DNA of 26,560 nt from an uncultured bacterium (lineage in GTDB: Bacteria; CSSED10-310; CAZUFC01). The notes below the pieces were generated by a model. That model was not told the DNA's origin and ran no database searches. It saw only the letters and a list, made by a program, of their open reading frames with translations. The stretch is taken from assembly GCA_964619725.1 (NCBI GenBank), contig CAZUFC010000108.1:1-26560 (forward strand). The letters are read 5' to 3'. A program made the position numbers and the translations under genes. Shown piece after piece: positions 1 to 8,546 of the stretch (position 1 is the stretch's first letter; each line of letters begins with the position of its first letter).

Positions 1-44
1 TCCGCTGAGCGCGATAGTTCTGGTTGAGTATCGAGATCACAATT

Positions 45-70
45 TGTAACCCCTGCTTGATCAGTCCCGA
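45..70. repeat. Right end of a MITE/IS-like element related to the 166-bp repeats at 396-561 and 2629-2794
   Basis: TGTAACCCCTGCTTGATCAGTCCCGA (45-70) matches TGTAACCTTCCTTTGATCAGTCCCGA (538-563). The sequence to its left does not match the interior of the 166-bp element. Confidence 0.6.
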
Positions 71-92
71 GCTTTCATTATTGTAAGTTTGA

Positions 93-128
93 CCTGGGGT
101 TGCGCTCGCAGGCTCGCTTAACCCCAGG
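93..128. repeat. REP-like palindromic hairpin
   Basis: CCTGGGGTT (93-101) and AACCCCAGG (120-128) form a perfect 9-bp inverted repeat around GCGCTCGCAGGCTCGCTT, which contains CTCGC twice. Confidence 0.6.
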
Positions 129-395
129 CTTTAACGGATCGCGTATTCGTCGCTTAAGGATAATCTCCAGTCATGGGTTGCATATCGTCATAGCCTCCCT
201 CTTCGGAAAGGCCTTTAACAAGTCAGACCGGCGACAGCGGAAAAGGGGGACTTTCTGCAAGAGCATTCATTGAATATGCGGTACAGGCCGACAACAACAG
301 AAAGGGGACTAATTACCGGAATTATAACCGGACGGCATAAGTGAATCTGAAGGATTTTCTGATCTTCTGTAGATTTCATCTAAAAAAAAATGAAT

Positions 396-561
396 GGCGC
401 TGATCAAAAATTCATCTTTTGAGCTAAAGATTCTACTGAATATCCCATCTTTTGTTTCGATTTGGATTTGGATTTGGATTGCGACCTCGATACCGATACC
501 GAATACTGAAACAAAATGTCAAAAGTATTAAAAGAAGTGTAACCTTCCTTTGATCAGTCCC
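396..561. mobile_element. 166-bp MITE-like element, copy A, with internal hexamer microsatellite
   Basis: Imperfect terminal inverted repeats GGCGCTGATCAAA and TTTGATCAGTCCC (11/13). Eight internal GAnnnn hexamers. Aligns along its length with 2629-2794. Confidence 0.7.
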
Positions 562-571
562 GAATTATGTC

Positions 572-600
572 TTGCATCACGCTGTCTATGCTAATAGAAT
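572..600 (+). promoter_or_regulatory. Putative sigma70 promoter of the helicase gene
   Basis: TTGCAT-N17-TAGAAT ending 48 nt upstream of the ATG at 649. RBS GAGGAG precedes the start. Confidence 0.5.
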
Positions 601-648
601 CGTCAGTCGGGAACTTCCGCATCACCGGTTTTCCGCAGAGGAGCAAAT

Positions 649-2604
649 ATGTTTATTGAAGGGGAAGAACAGAGGACCATAGATTACGAAAAGGCGCTTA
701 ATCCTGAGCAGTACGAAGCCGTAACGGCTTTGGAAGGTCCCGTGCTGGTGGTAGCGGGGGCCGGATCGGGCAAGACTCGTGTGATCACTTATCGTGTTGC
801 CAATCTGGTTGAGAGCGGAGTTCCGCCGGAAAAAATCGTGCTTCTGACTTTTACTAGAAGGGCGGCGTCTGAGATGCTTAACCGGGCACAGAATTTGACG
901 GGAATTCAGTGCAGCCGCGTGCACGGAGGCACTTTTCATTCCTTTTCTCATTTTTTGTTGCGCCGATACGGAGAGGCTATGGGATTGGATCGTCGATTCA
1001 CCGTAATGGATGAAGGAGACAGCCAGGATGCCGTCAAACTTGTTCGCGACCGGTTGCAGCTTGGCGAAGGCGACCGTCGCTTTCCCAACAAGATCACGCT
1101 GTTCAACATCATCAGTAAATCACATAATAAAATGCGTCCCATTGAGGAAATCGTATTTGAAGAATGCCCTCATTTTAAAGAAGAAATCCCGTCGATTCAG
1201 TTGCTGGCTCAGCATTACGAGAAATTGAAACGGGAGCGTAATCTGGTGGATTTCGACGATCTGCTTGAACTATGCTGTGATCTGCTCGATTCGCCGACAG
1301 GCCTCCAGATTTCTTCAAATTATCTTTATATAATGGCCGACGAGTATCAGGACACCAATCTTAAGCAGGCGGAGATAGTAAAACTGCTGTCCCGTGGACA
1401 CGGCAATATTTTCGTTGTCGGTGATGATGCCCAATGCATATACACCTGGCGGGGTTCTGATTTCCGGAACATCAACAGGTTTGCGGACGAGTTTCCCGGG
1501 GTCCGCGTGATAAAACTCGAACGGAATTACAGGTCGACGCAGCCTATCCTGGACCTGGCGAACCAGGTCATGTCCGGGGCTTTCAACACTTACACGAAAG
1601 TCCTTCGGGCGGTGCATCCTGAAGGCGAGCTTCCCTATGTGGTCGATTTGACTACCGTTAAACAACAGGCCAAGTTTATCAGTAAAAAAATTCTTTCTCT
1701 GCATGAGGAAGGGATCAAGCTGGGTGAAATAGCGGTACTGGCCCGGGCGGTATGGCACTTGCGTGATCTGGAGATCGCATTAAACCAGGCGAACATTCCT
1801 TATATAGTTTATGGAGGAATAAGATTCACTGAAGCTGCGCACATCAAGGATGTACTGGCTTATATAAAAGCCGCTTTCAATCCGGACGACGATCTTTCCT
1901 GGAAGCGCATACTGGAGCTGGCGCCGGGGATCGGTCCGGCGACGAGCAGAAGGCTGACCGAATCCCTTCAGAAGAGCCCTGAATCCTGGAAAACGCTCCA
2001 GGAGCAATCAAAAAAAGTAAGTCCGAAAGCCCGTCAAATAATAAAGCAGATGTCTGAGGCGTTTCGGCGCATCAGCGAGGATAAACTCAGGCCGTCGGAA
2101 ATAACAGGCATAATAAAAGAAGTTTATACGCCTGTATTGAAACGCAAATTCGACGATTATCCCCGGCGCATGAAAGACTTAGAGCAGCTTATAACCATAG
2201 CCGCTCCCTACAGGAGCATTCATTCGTTCGTGACCGACATGGCGCTTGAGCCCAGCCGTGACCGGTCCCGCAACCGTCTGGCTTCTCGCGAATCCAACGA
2301 GGATCATCTCGTGCTTTCAACCGTTCACAGCGCCAAGGGACTGGAATTTCAATCCGTTTTTATTCCTCATCTGCTGGACGGTCTGTTTCCCTCCGCCCGT
2401 TCTTTCGAGAATCCCGAAGCGCTGGAAGAAGAACGGCGTCTCTTCTATGTAGCTGTGACTCGCGCCAAAACCGATCTTTACCTTTGCGTACCCATGTTCG
2501 TACCGGGTTTAAACTGGATGGGCGTGGAGCTTGGTATGGACAAAAACAGCCGCTTTCTGGACAGTTATACGGACGATTTCGTGAAACGAATAATGGGTAA
2601 GTAG
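649..2604 (+). CDS. ATP-dependent DNA helicase, UvrD/PcrA/Rep family (SF1A)
   Basis: 651 aa. Motifs LNPEQ, AGAGSGKT (Walker A), TFTRRAA, DEYQDTN, VGDDAQCIY, NYRS, STVHSAKGLEF and EERRLFYVAVTRAK. No C-terminal extension as in full-length PcrA/UvrD, so probably a paralog. Confidence 0.96.
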   Translation: MFIEGEEQRTIDYEKALNPEQYEAVTALEGPVLVVAGAGSGKTRVITYRVANLVESGVPPEKIVLLTFTRRAASEMLNRAQNLTGIQCSRVHGGTFHSFSHFLLRRYGEAMGLDRRFTVMDEGDSQDAVKLVRDRLQLGEGDRRFPNKITLFNIISKSHNKMRPIEEIVFEECPHFKEEIPSIQLLAQHYEKLKRERNLVDFDDLLELCCDLLDSPTGLQISSNYLYIMADEYQDTNLKQAEIVKLLSRGHGNIFVVGDDAQCIYTWRGSDFRNINRFADEFPGVRVIKLERNYRSTQPILDLANQVMSGAFNTYTKVLRAVHPEGELPYVVDLTTVKQQAKFISKKILSLHEEGIKLGEIAVLARAVWHLRDLEIALNQANIPYIVYGGIRFTEAAHIKDVLAYIKAAFNPDDDLSWKRILELAPGIGPATSRRLTESLQKSPESWKTLQEQSKKVSPKARQIIKQMSEAFRRISEDKLRPSEITGIIKEVYTPVLKRKFDDYPRRMKDLEQLITIAAPYRSIHSFVTDMALEPSRDRSRNRLASRESNEDHLVLSTVHSAKGLEFQSVFIPHLLDGLFPSARSFENPEALEEERRLFYVAVTRAKTDLYLCVPMFVPGLNWMGVELGMDKNSRFLDSYTDDFVKRIMGK

Positions 2605-2628
2605 CGCCCTGTTTAGCATTAAATTTTG

Positions 2629-2794
2629 GGCATTGATCGAAAAAGCCTCTTTTGAGTTTACAATTCGACAGAATATCCCGTCATTTTGTTTCGATGCCGA
2701 TTGCGATTGCGATACCGATACCGATACCGACCCCGATTACTTGGACAAACCGTTAAAAGTTATGAAAGCGGCTTAACCCGGTTTGAGCAGTCAT
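2629..2794. mobile_element. 166-bp MITE-like element, copy B (more degenerate ends)
   Basis: Same length and orientation as copy A. Shared blocks TGATC, TCTTTTGAG, GAATATCCC, TTTTGTTTCGAT, an 8-unit hexamer tract, AAAAGT and TAACC...TTTGA(T/G)CAGTC. Confidence 0.7.
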
Positions 2795-2897
2795 CTATTT
2801 TTTTGCCTGGACGTCTTTCATGACTTCCATGGAAGATGCCGAAGGGGTATCGGCCGGTATTCCGCCTCACCCCTACCTGTATTCATCCGGCAGCCTT

Positions 2898-5800
2898 TTA
2901 CAGGGAATCTTTTTCCGGGAGGATATGAAAACTGTTCCTGTTCATCCAGTAATCCGACGCATAACCTTTCGTGCATTCTTCAATCAAATCGAATCCGTAA
3001 TCGGAAAGCTCCACAGCCTCTTTTTCCCTGCCGGCTCTCATAAGAAGAGCGCTCAATTCGACTGCGGTCATCCATGCGTAACCATGAATGCCGGAATCAA
3101 TATCGGATTTGATCTGTTCCATCAACGCCGACGCTCGATCAAATTCGCCTCTATGAGCATTTAAAACCGTCTTCAACCATAATAAACAGCCATAATTGAA
3201 TGAACTGCTCATCTCTTCCCGGTTTTGTATCATTTCGTAAGATTTTTCTATTTGTCCTTTCGCCAGGGCCAGAGATGCTTCAAATAATAACAGACGATCC
3301 TTAATATCCTCGTGTTCGATCACATCCCGTTCGATCGACTGAAAAATATGTTCCGCTTCAGATATGTTCGACATTTCAAGTTTGCCGAAAGCCCGATACA
3401 GATTTATGCCCTGCTTCATTTCCATATTCAGATTTTTCACGGTGAGATATTCGGCCGCCACATCGAAGGCATATTCAACATCGCCCATCAGAATCGATAT
3501 TTCACACATCATAAACGCATAATGATTGAAGAATCCGCCGGCATCACCGTACTTCCTGCATTCTCTCAAACCTTGCCTGAAAAGCTCTATAGCCCGTTTC
3601 CAGCCCCCTGTTTGAATGCTGACTGAAGCTCTGTTTGCCAATATGATCCATTGCATCCACAAAGGTCCTCTGGTCTCGGCGATCTCCCAGGCTTTGTCAA
3701 ATATTTCTTCAGCCTCTTCGAACTTCTTCAACAAAACCAGCACAGTCCCGTAATCGTTGTAATCGAATATATCTTCGCTCACTTTATTCTGTTGCTCATA
3801 AAATCGAAACATTTCATTGAAATAATGCAGGGCATTCTGAGGATTTCCCTGAATATTGTAAATATTGCCTATTTCCCGTAGAACAGACGACAGAATACCG
3901 GATTCAACATCATTGTCCTGTATTAATTTTTTAGCTTTGTCCAAACAGAAAAGAGCCTCTTGATAATGTCCGATATTTCTTTCATACAAACCTTTTATGA
4001 GGAAAAAAGCAATTTCGTTCTTTACTGGATTCCCATATTCGAGATATCCCTCAAGCCGGGCCAGCCAGCTCTTGAAGTCATCCCATCGGGCTGCGGCGAT
4101 GCAACAATTGCCGGCATTATATATGAGCGTCGGCAGATAATGCCATTCTCCTGACGTTTGGATCAATTCCAACGCTTCCTCGATTTTTTCAAGAGCTCTC
4201 TTGATTCTCCCCGCCTTTATCAGGCAATCAATCAGAGCCATCATAAGGGAGCATTCTTTTTTCGGATCGCTCTTCAGAAACGACAAAGCTTCCAGGGCTT
4301 GTTCGTAAAACATCCCTGCAGACTCCCAGGAAAAGCGCCGTGCGGCTCTTTCTGCTGCGGCTTGAGAATAATAAAGCGATTCCTGCCGGCGCTGCGCCTT
4401 ATGATAATGCCCGGCCAGCAGGGGGATGATTTTACGATTGTTTTTTCCGTGCAGTTCAATCAGCGCTTCCGCTGTTTTTTCATGCAGCTCCGCCTTCCTC
4501 TCCGGCGGAATTTCATCGTAAGTCACTTCCCTAAGCTGATGATGCGAAAATTCATATCTTTCTTCGTTTCTGTCGACAACTTCATTTAGAATGCCTGACC
4601 TGACAAGTTCTTCCAGAGCATCCAGAAGCTCATCCTCATCCTGGATTCCCGCTTTAATCAATAGAGCGTATTCGACCGAATGACCAATAACGGAAATAAG
4701 GTTCAGGAGTTCGTGAGCGGACGGACTGAGTTTAGCTCTCTGAAGATTCACGATATCCTTTATAGTAACGGGAATGGAGGTCGACTTAAGCGTATGGAAT
4801 TTCCAGCTTCCCCGAACTCTGAACAGCTTTCCCTCCTCAATCCACACCTTTATCAATTCAGTCAGGAATAGAGGGTTGCCTTCGCTTTCACGGTATAAAG
4901 CATCGCTGATCGCCTCGGCAATTTCCGCATCGCCCAGAATATTTTCCGCCAACTCAGTTATTTCCTCCCTGGAAAAACGGCTCAATCCGATTTCCTTGCA
5001 GTTCACCGTCCGTTCAATCATCCTTTTGAAACGCATCAAATCCTGCTTCTCTCGCAACTCCCTCTGCCTGTATATCCCGATCATCGTAAGGCTGAAATCG
5101 AGTTTTCTTCGCAACATGAAATTAACGAATTCCATCATATCCGAATCGATCATATGCAGATTATCCATGACCAGCGCCAGTCCTGAAGCCTTTCCATATC
5201 CTTCAAGAACATCTATCAGCCTGTTGTACAAATCGAATTTTTTATTCTGTGAGTCAATGCTGAGGGACGCGCCTGAAGCCAGTCCCGATCCGTCGGCCAT
5301 CAGCTCAATCGATGATGAGCCGCTGCAGGAAGAAACCGTATGATCGCCCAATTGCTGCGTGATCTCATGCAGCAGATTGTACGGCATACGTTCGGTCGTC
5401 TTGAAATCGATCCATAACGACGGGATGCGCTTTCGGGTCAGCGAATTGCAGAACTCCTTGACCAGTCTCGTCTTGCCTATGCCCGTTTCTCCATGAACCC
5501 AGGCGAAGACTGTTCCCCTGGACTTGCTTTCCTGCAGAGCCGCATTCAACAGCGCCGTCTCCTTTTCACGACCCAACAAGGGAGGCTTGAACACAAAATC
5601 AGCGCGTGTCGCCATCGACTCCACAGCTTGAACGCCGCCCCCTTCCATCTTCTCCAGGTCAATCAACAGTTCTTCCGCTGATTGATAACGCTTTGCAGGC
5701 TCTTTCGCTATCAGACGCATCGTTATTCGTTCCCAATCCACGGAAACTGACGGATTAATATGCCTTAAAGGCTGAGGTTCCTCACTGATATGCTTGACTA

Positions 5801-6455
5801 CTACGGCAATGGGATCTGACCCGGAAAAAGGCAACTTGCCCGTTAATGCTTCATAAAAAACTATGCCCAATGAATACAGATCGCTTCTGTAATCCAGCTC
5901 CAACCCCTTGGCCTGCTCAGGCGCAATATAATTCATCGTTCCCAGAAGTATCCCCGTCATAGTCAATTGCATGTCCGAAGTCAACGGCTTTACCAGTCCG
6001 AAATCCATCAGCTTTACCCGGTCGTCACACAACATTATGTTGCCGGGCTTTATGTCTCGATGCACCAGCCCGTGTCCGTGTATGTACGCCAGCGCCTTCG
6101 CTATCTGTATCGCTGTCGGTAAAAATTCTCCCCCTTCCAGCACCCCGTTCCGCAACGCCCGATACTCCTGCAATGTCCTCCCCTTCAGCAACTCCAATAC
6201 CAGAAAAGCCGTCTTCTCCGCTTGATGAAAATCATATACCTCCACTATGTTAGGATGCTTTAACCGCTGCAATACCCTGTACTCTCGCCTGAAACGCAAC
6301 CTCTTCTCCGATACGGAATCCTCAAAATGTATCACCTTGACGGCCGTATAACGCTTCGCACTCTTGTCCCAGGCTCGATAAACCGCGCCCATGCCGCCGC
6401 GGCCCAGAAGTTCCCTTAATTCATACCTTTCCGATATTATGCTTTTCAACGCCAC
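2898..6455 (-). CDS. Hanks-type Ser/Thr protein kinase fused to an AAA_16/STAND-type ATPase and C-terminal TPR repeats
   Basis: 1185 aa, GTG start with RBS AGGGAG. Kinase motifs GRGGMGAVY, AVK, HRDIKPGN, DFG, APE and DLYSLG. P-loop GETGIGKT, Walker B LVMDNLH, SEGNPLF, FSHHQLRE. TPR-like helical C-terminal half. No transmembrane segment seen. Confidence 0.93.
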   Translation of the reverse strand: MALKSIISERYELRELLGRGGMGAVYRAWDKSAKRYTAVKVIHFEDSVSEKRLRFRREYRVLQRLKHPNIVEVYDFHQAEKTAFLVLELLKGRTLQEYRALRNGVLEGGEFLPTAIQIAKALAYIHGHGLVHRDIKPGNIMLCDDRVKLMDFGLVKPLTSDMQLTMTGILLGTMNYIAPEQAKGLELDYRSDLYSLGIVFYEALTGKLPFSGSDPIAVVVKHISEEPQPLRHINPSVSVDWERITMRLIAKEPAKRYQSAEELLIDLEKMEGGGVQAVESMATRADFVFKPPLLGREKETALLNAALQESKSRGTVFAWVHGETGIGKTRLVKEFCNSLTRKRIPSLWIDFKTTERMPYNLLHEITQQLGDHTVSSCSGSSSIELMADGSGLASGASLSIDSQNKKFDLYNRLIDVLEGYGKASGLALVMDNLHMIDSDMMEFVNFMLRRKLDFSLTMIGIYRQRELREKQDLMRFKRMIERTVNCKEIGLSRFSREEITELAENILGDAEIAEAISDALYRESEGNPLFLTELIKVWIEEGKLFRVRGSWKFHTLKSTSIPVTIKDIVNLQRAKLSPSAHELLNLISVIGHSVEYALLIKAGIQDEDELLDALEELVRSGILNEVVDRNEERYEFSHHQLREVTYDEIPPERKAELHEKTAEALIELHGKNNRKIIPLLAGHYHKAQRRQESLYYSQAAAERAARRFSWESAGMFYEQALEALSFLKSDPKKECSLMMALIDCLIKAGRIKRALEKIEEALELIQTSGEWHYLPTLIYNAGNCCIAAARWDDFKSWLARLEGYLEYGNPVKNEIAFFLIKGLYERNIGHYQEALFCLDKAKKLIQDNDVESGILSSVLREIGNIYNIQGNPQNALHYFNEMFRFYEQQNKVSEDIFDYNDYGTVLVLLKKFEEAEEIFDKAWEIAETRGPLWMQWIILANRASVSIQTGGWKRAIELFRQGLRECRKYGDAGGFFNHYAFMMCEISILMGDVEYAFDVAAEYLTVKNLNMEMKQGINLYRAFGKLEMSNISEAEHIFQSIERDVIEHEDIKDRLLLFEASLALAKGQIEKSYEMIQNREEMSSSFNYGCLLWLKTVLNAHRGEFDRASALMEQIKSDIDSGIHGYAWMTAVELSALLMRAGREKEAVELSDYGFDLIEECTKGYASDYWMNRNSFHILPEKDSL

Positions 6456-6474
6456 AGACTCTCTCCCTAATCAA

Positions 6475-6503
6475 AAAATAACCTCTCGCCGCTTCCATGT
6501 CAA
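6475..6503 (-). promoter_or_regulatory. Putative sigma70 promoter of the kinase-STAND gene
   Basis: Minus-strand TTGACA-N17-TATTTT just upstream of the RBS. A second candidate, TTGACT-N17-TATTTT, lies at 6637-6609. Confidence 0.45.
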
Positions 6504-6759
6504 AACTTATCAGTGACTGTGCCCGAATAATAACTTCATTATTGCCGAAGTAAAAATTAACGGCCTCATTGATTGCGAACAACTTTACGCAGAACGAAAT
6601 TAACCCTGAAAATACGGAATATAACGTTTACAGTCAATTATAGCAATATCCTCTTTGATCTGAAACGACAGCGTAAAATTATCGCCGCTTTTTTTCATTA
6701 ATCGACCTGCTGCCGTTTGCTAACTTATTGAGGATACTGTCAAATTTTTTTTCGCCTAC

Positions 6760-6775
6760 TGGCGCTTATTTTGCT
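6760..6775 (+). promoter_or_regulatory. Putative sigma54 (-24/-12) promoter
   Basis: TGGCGCTTATTTTGCT has GG-N10-GC spacing and closely matches the consensus TGGCACG-N4-TTGCW. It lies 46 nt upstream of the ATG at 6822. Confidence 0.6.
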
Positions 6776-6821
6776 TCAATTTTGCCGGTTTGAAGACTTT
6801 CATCAAATCAGAAAGGTCATC

Positions 6822-7151
6822 ATGGAAAAATCAAAGCAATCTTCTTTATTTCTTATCGTGAGTTCCCTGCTGACATGCCTGATCGCATGCGTGATCATTC
6901 AGTTTCGCTCAAACGATGCTGAAAAGCCTGCGAATAAAACTGAAATACAGATGGAAACCGGAGAGTCTGCATCTGATACCGGTAATCATTCATTGGTTGA
7001 CTCTGCAGAAGAGGCAGAAAAACTGAATTATGAGTTTAAAGGTGAGATGACCTGTTCTGAAGTTAAACAAGATGCCGGGACGGCAAAAACCGAGGCAGGA
7101 GAGAACCGGCTGTATCCGGGAGACAGGAGTGTCGTTGGCGATAGTTTTTGA
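6822..7151 (+). CDS. Hypothetical membrane-anchored or secreted protein, possibly 3'-truncated
   Basis: ATG at 6822 with RBS GAAAGG. One hydrophobic segment (LFLIVSSLLTCLIACVII), then an acidic low-complexity linker. The TGA stop overlaps the first bases of the REP element. Confidence 0.55.
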   Translation: MEKSKQSSLFLIVSSLLTCLIACVIIQFRSNDAEKPANKTEIQMETGESASDTGNHSLVDSAEEAEKLNYEFKGEMTCSEVKQDAGTAKTEAGENRLYPGDRSVVGDSF

Positions 7152-7197
7152 CCTCACCCCCCGGCCCCCTCTCCATTGCTGGAGAGGGGGAGTAAGA
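7150..7197 (+). repeat. 48-bp REP-like element, left copy of an inverted pair
   Basis: GACCTCACCCCCCGGCCCCCTCTCCATTGCTGGAGAGGGGGAGTAAGA with internal hairpin CCCCCTCTCCA/TGGAGAGGGGG. 44/48 identical to the reverse complement of 7585-7632. Confidence 0.85.
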
Positions 7198-7198
7198 T

Positions 7199-7361
7199 GG
7201 GTTTTTGTTTCGGTTTCGGGTTGATTTGATTACTGATAAAACCTTGGGTTTCTTTGAGGTTGGGGGTAATTTGATGTCGGGGTTGAACCTGGGGTTTTTG
7301 TTTCGGTTTCGGGTTGATTTGATTTACTGATAAAACCTTGGGTTTCTTTGAGGTTGGGGGT
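7199..7361. repeat. Direct duplication of about 69 bp, G/T-rich
   Basis: 7199-7267 and 7292-7361 are identical except for one extra T in the second copy. Confidence 0.9.
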
Positions 7362-7584
7362 TGATTCAGCTTTGGGAGTAATCTGGTATTGTCCTGGTTG
7401 GTGATGGATTGAACGCGGGAAGAAAGGAGTCGTGTCTTCGGAATTCCTGGTAGCCCTGGAAAAGGTTTTTACACACCAGAATCCTGTAAGTTGTCGCAAT
7501 CTAACCGACTGATTGTTTCATGTGCCTGCCCAAATCGCGCCAAACGACAAAATCAAGCTCCATCAATCCATTAATGCAAGCCCC

Positions 7585-7632
7585 TCTTACTCCCCTTCTC
7601 CATTCATGGAGAGGGGGCCGGGGGGTGAGGTC
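7585..7632 (-). repeat. 48-bp REP-like element, right copy, overlapping the 3' end of the nitroreductase gene
   Basis: Reverse complement of 7150-7197 with 4 mismatches. Encodes TSPPGPLSMNGEGE and the TAA stop of the nitroreductase ORF. Confidence 0.85.
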
Positions 7633-8507
7633 CTCCGCCCCGGATTGCGCAAAAATCTCACCTTGCATTTGCCCAGCGCTACCACGGCGTACAATTCCTC
7701 CGTTTTCGGCATGCCTGTTAGCTTTTTAACCTTTTTATCGTGCTTCACGGCTTCGACGGCGAATCCTATCAGGCATGTTCCGTAGCCCATGGCGTGAGCC
7801 GCCAGGAGGATATTCTGAGTCGCCAGCATCGCATCTTCTTTCGGGCTGTATCCCTCTTTGACTCCTCCTACGAGAATAAGGGCCGGGGCGCCGTGGAACA
7901 GACGATCCCTGCCTGATTCCTCCCATTCCTTTATCGCCTGTTTCACCTTGTCAAAATAGGTTCGGTAATATTCCCCCAAGGCATCCTTTAGAAAAATCCT
8001 TGCCAAAAGACGCATGGCGCCGCTTGACGCCAATCGGTTCAGACGCTTGAAGAAGTCCTTGACCGCTTTGCCGAATTCTTTAACGGAATTTCTGTCGGGG
8101 ACTATCCTAAAGGTCCAGGATTGACTGTTGGTTCCGGAAGGGGCTGTCGTTCCGATTTTTACCAGGTCTTTTAATACCTCCAGAGGAACCGGTTCATCTG
8201 AAAAATCCCGGCAGGATCTCCTTGATCTCATCAGGTTGACCAAAGACTCAGCATCATAATCGCCGTAATCGACCCTTCTGTTCGTCTGTTTCAAAGTCGT
8301 CAAGGTCAGCTCCTCGTCAATCTCCGGCACATCAACCGCTTCTTCCGGGCATACGGCGAAACAATGACCGCAACCGATGCACTCATCTCCTTCCGGTGCA
8401 GCCTTTCCTCCACTCAGAACCAACGTATCCGTCGGACAATATTTCACGCAAACGCCGCAACCCGTGCACTTTTTCTCGTCTATTTCCGGTTTCGTTTTAA
8501 TAAGCAT
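7587..8507 (-). CDS. Nitroreductase family protein with N-terminal 2[4Fe-4S] ferredoxin domain
   Basis: CTGCGVCVKYCP and CIGCGHCFAVCP cluster motifs. Nitroreductase motifs RRSCRDF, APSGTNSQSW and LAAHAMGYGTCLIG. Confidence 0.93.
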   Translation of the reverse strand: MLIKTKPEIDEKKCTGCGVCVKYCPTDTLVLSGGKAAPEGDECIGCGHCFAVCPEEAVDVPEIDEELTLTTLKQTNRRVDYGDYDAESLVNLMRSRRSCRDFSDEPVPLEVLKDLVKIGTTAPSGTNSQSWTFRIVPDRNSVKEFGKAVKDFFKRLNRLASSGAMRLLARIFLKDALGEYYRTYFDKVKQAIKEWEESGRDRLFHGAPALILVGGVKEGYSPKEDAMLATQNILLAAHAMGYGTCLIGFAVEAVKHDKKVKKLTGMPKTEELYAVVALGKCKVRFLRNPGRRTSPPGPLSMNGEGE

Positions 8508-8546
8508 GATGATTCGTCAGTTAACGAACGGTTCTCTCAGGCTTCA

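Noticed and set aside
130..395. Possible riboswitch or ncRNA upstream of the helicase
   Set aside because: No conserved aptamer motif was recognisable by eye. A covariance-model (Rfam) search would be needed to exclude one.
649..6455. Helicase plus kinase as a two-gene defence operon
   Set aside because: The genes are convergent, separated by a MITE and have separate candidate promoters. No nuclease or methylase partner is present.
6771..6821. TTG-start N-terminal extension of ORF 6771-7151
   Set aside because: It overlaps the sigma54 -12 element, and ATG 6822 has an RBS.
7199..7361. Possible CRISPR array
   Set aside because: Only two long units with a 24-nt gap, and no cas genes.
7230..7499. 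89-aa minus-strand ORF inside the REP cassette
   Set aside because: It runs through the low-complexity duplication, has a TTG start without a clear RBS and shows no recognisable motif.
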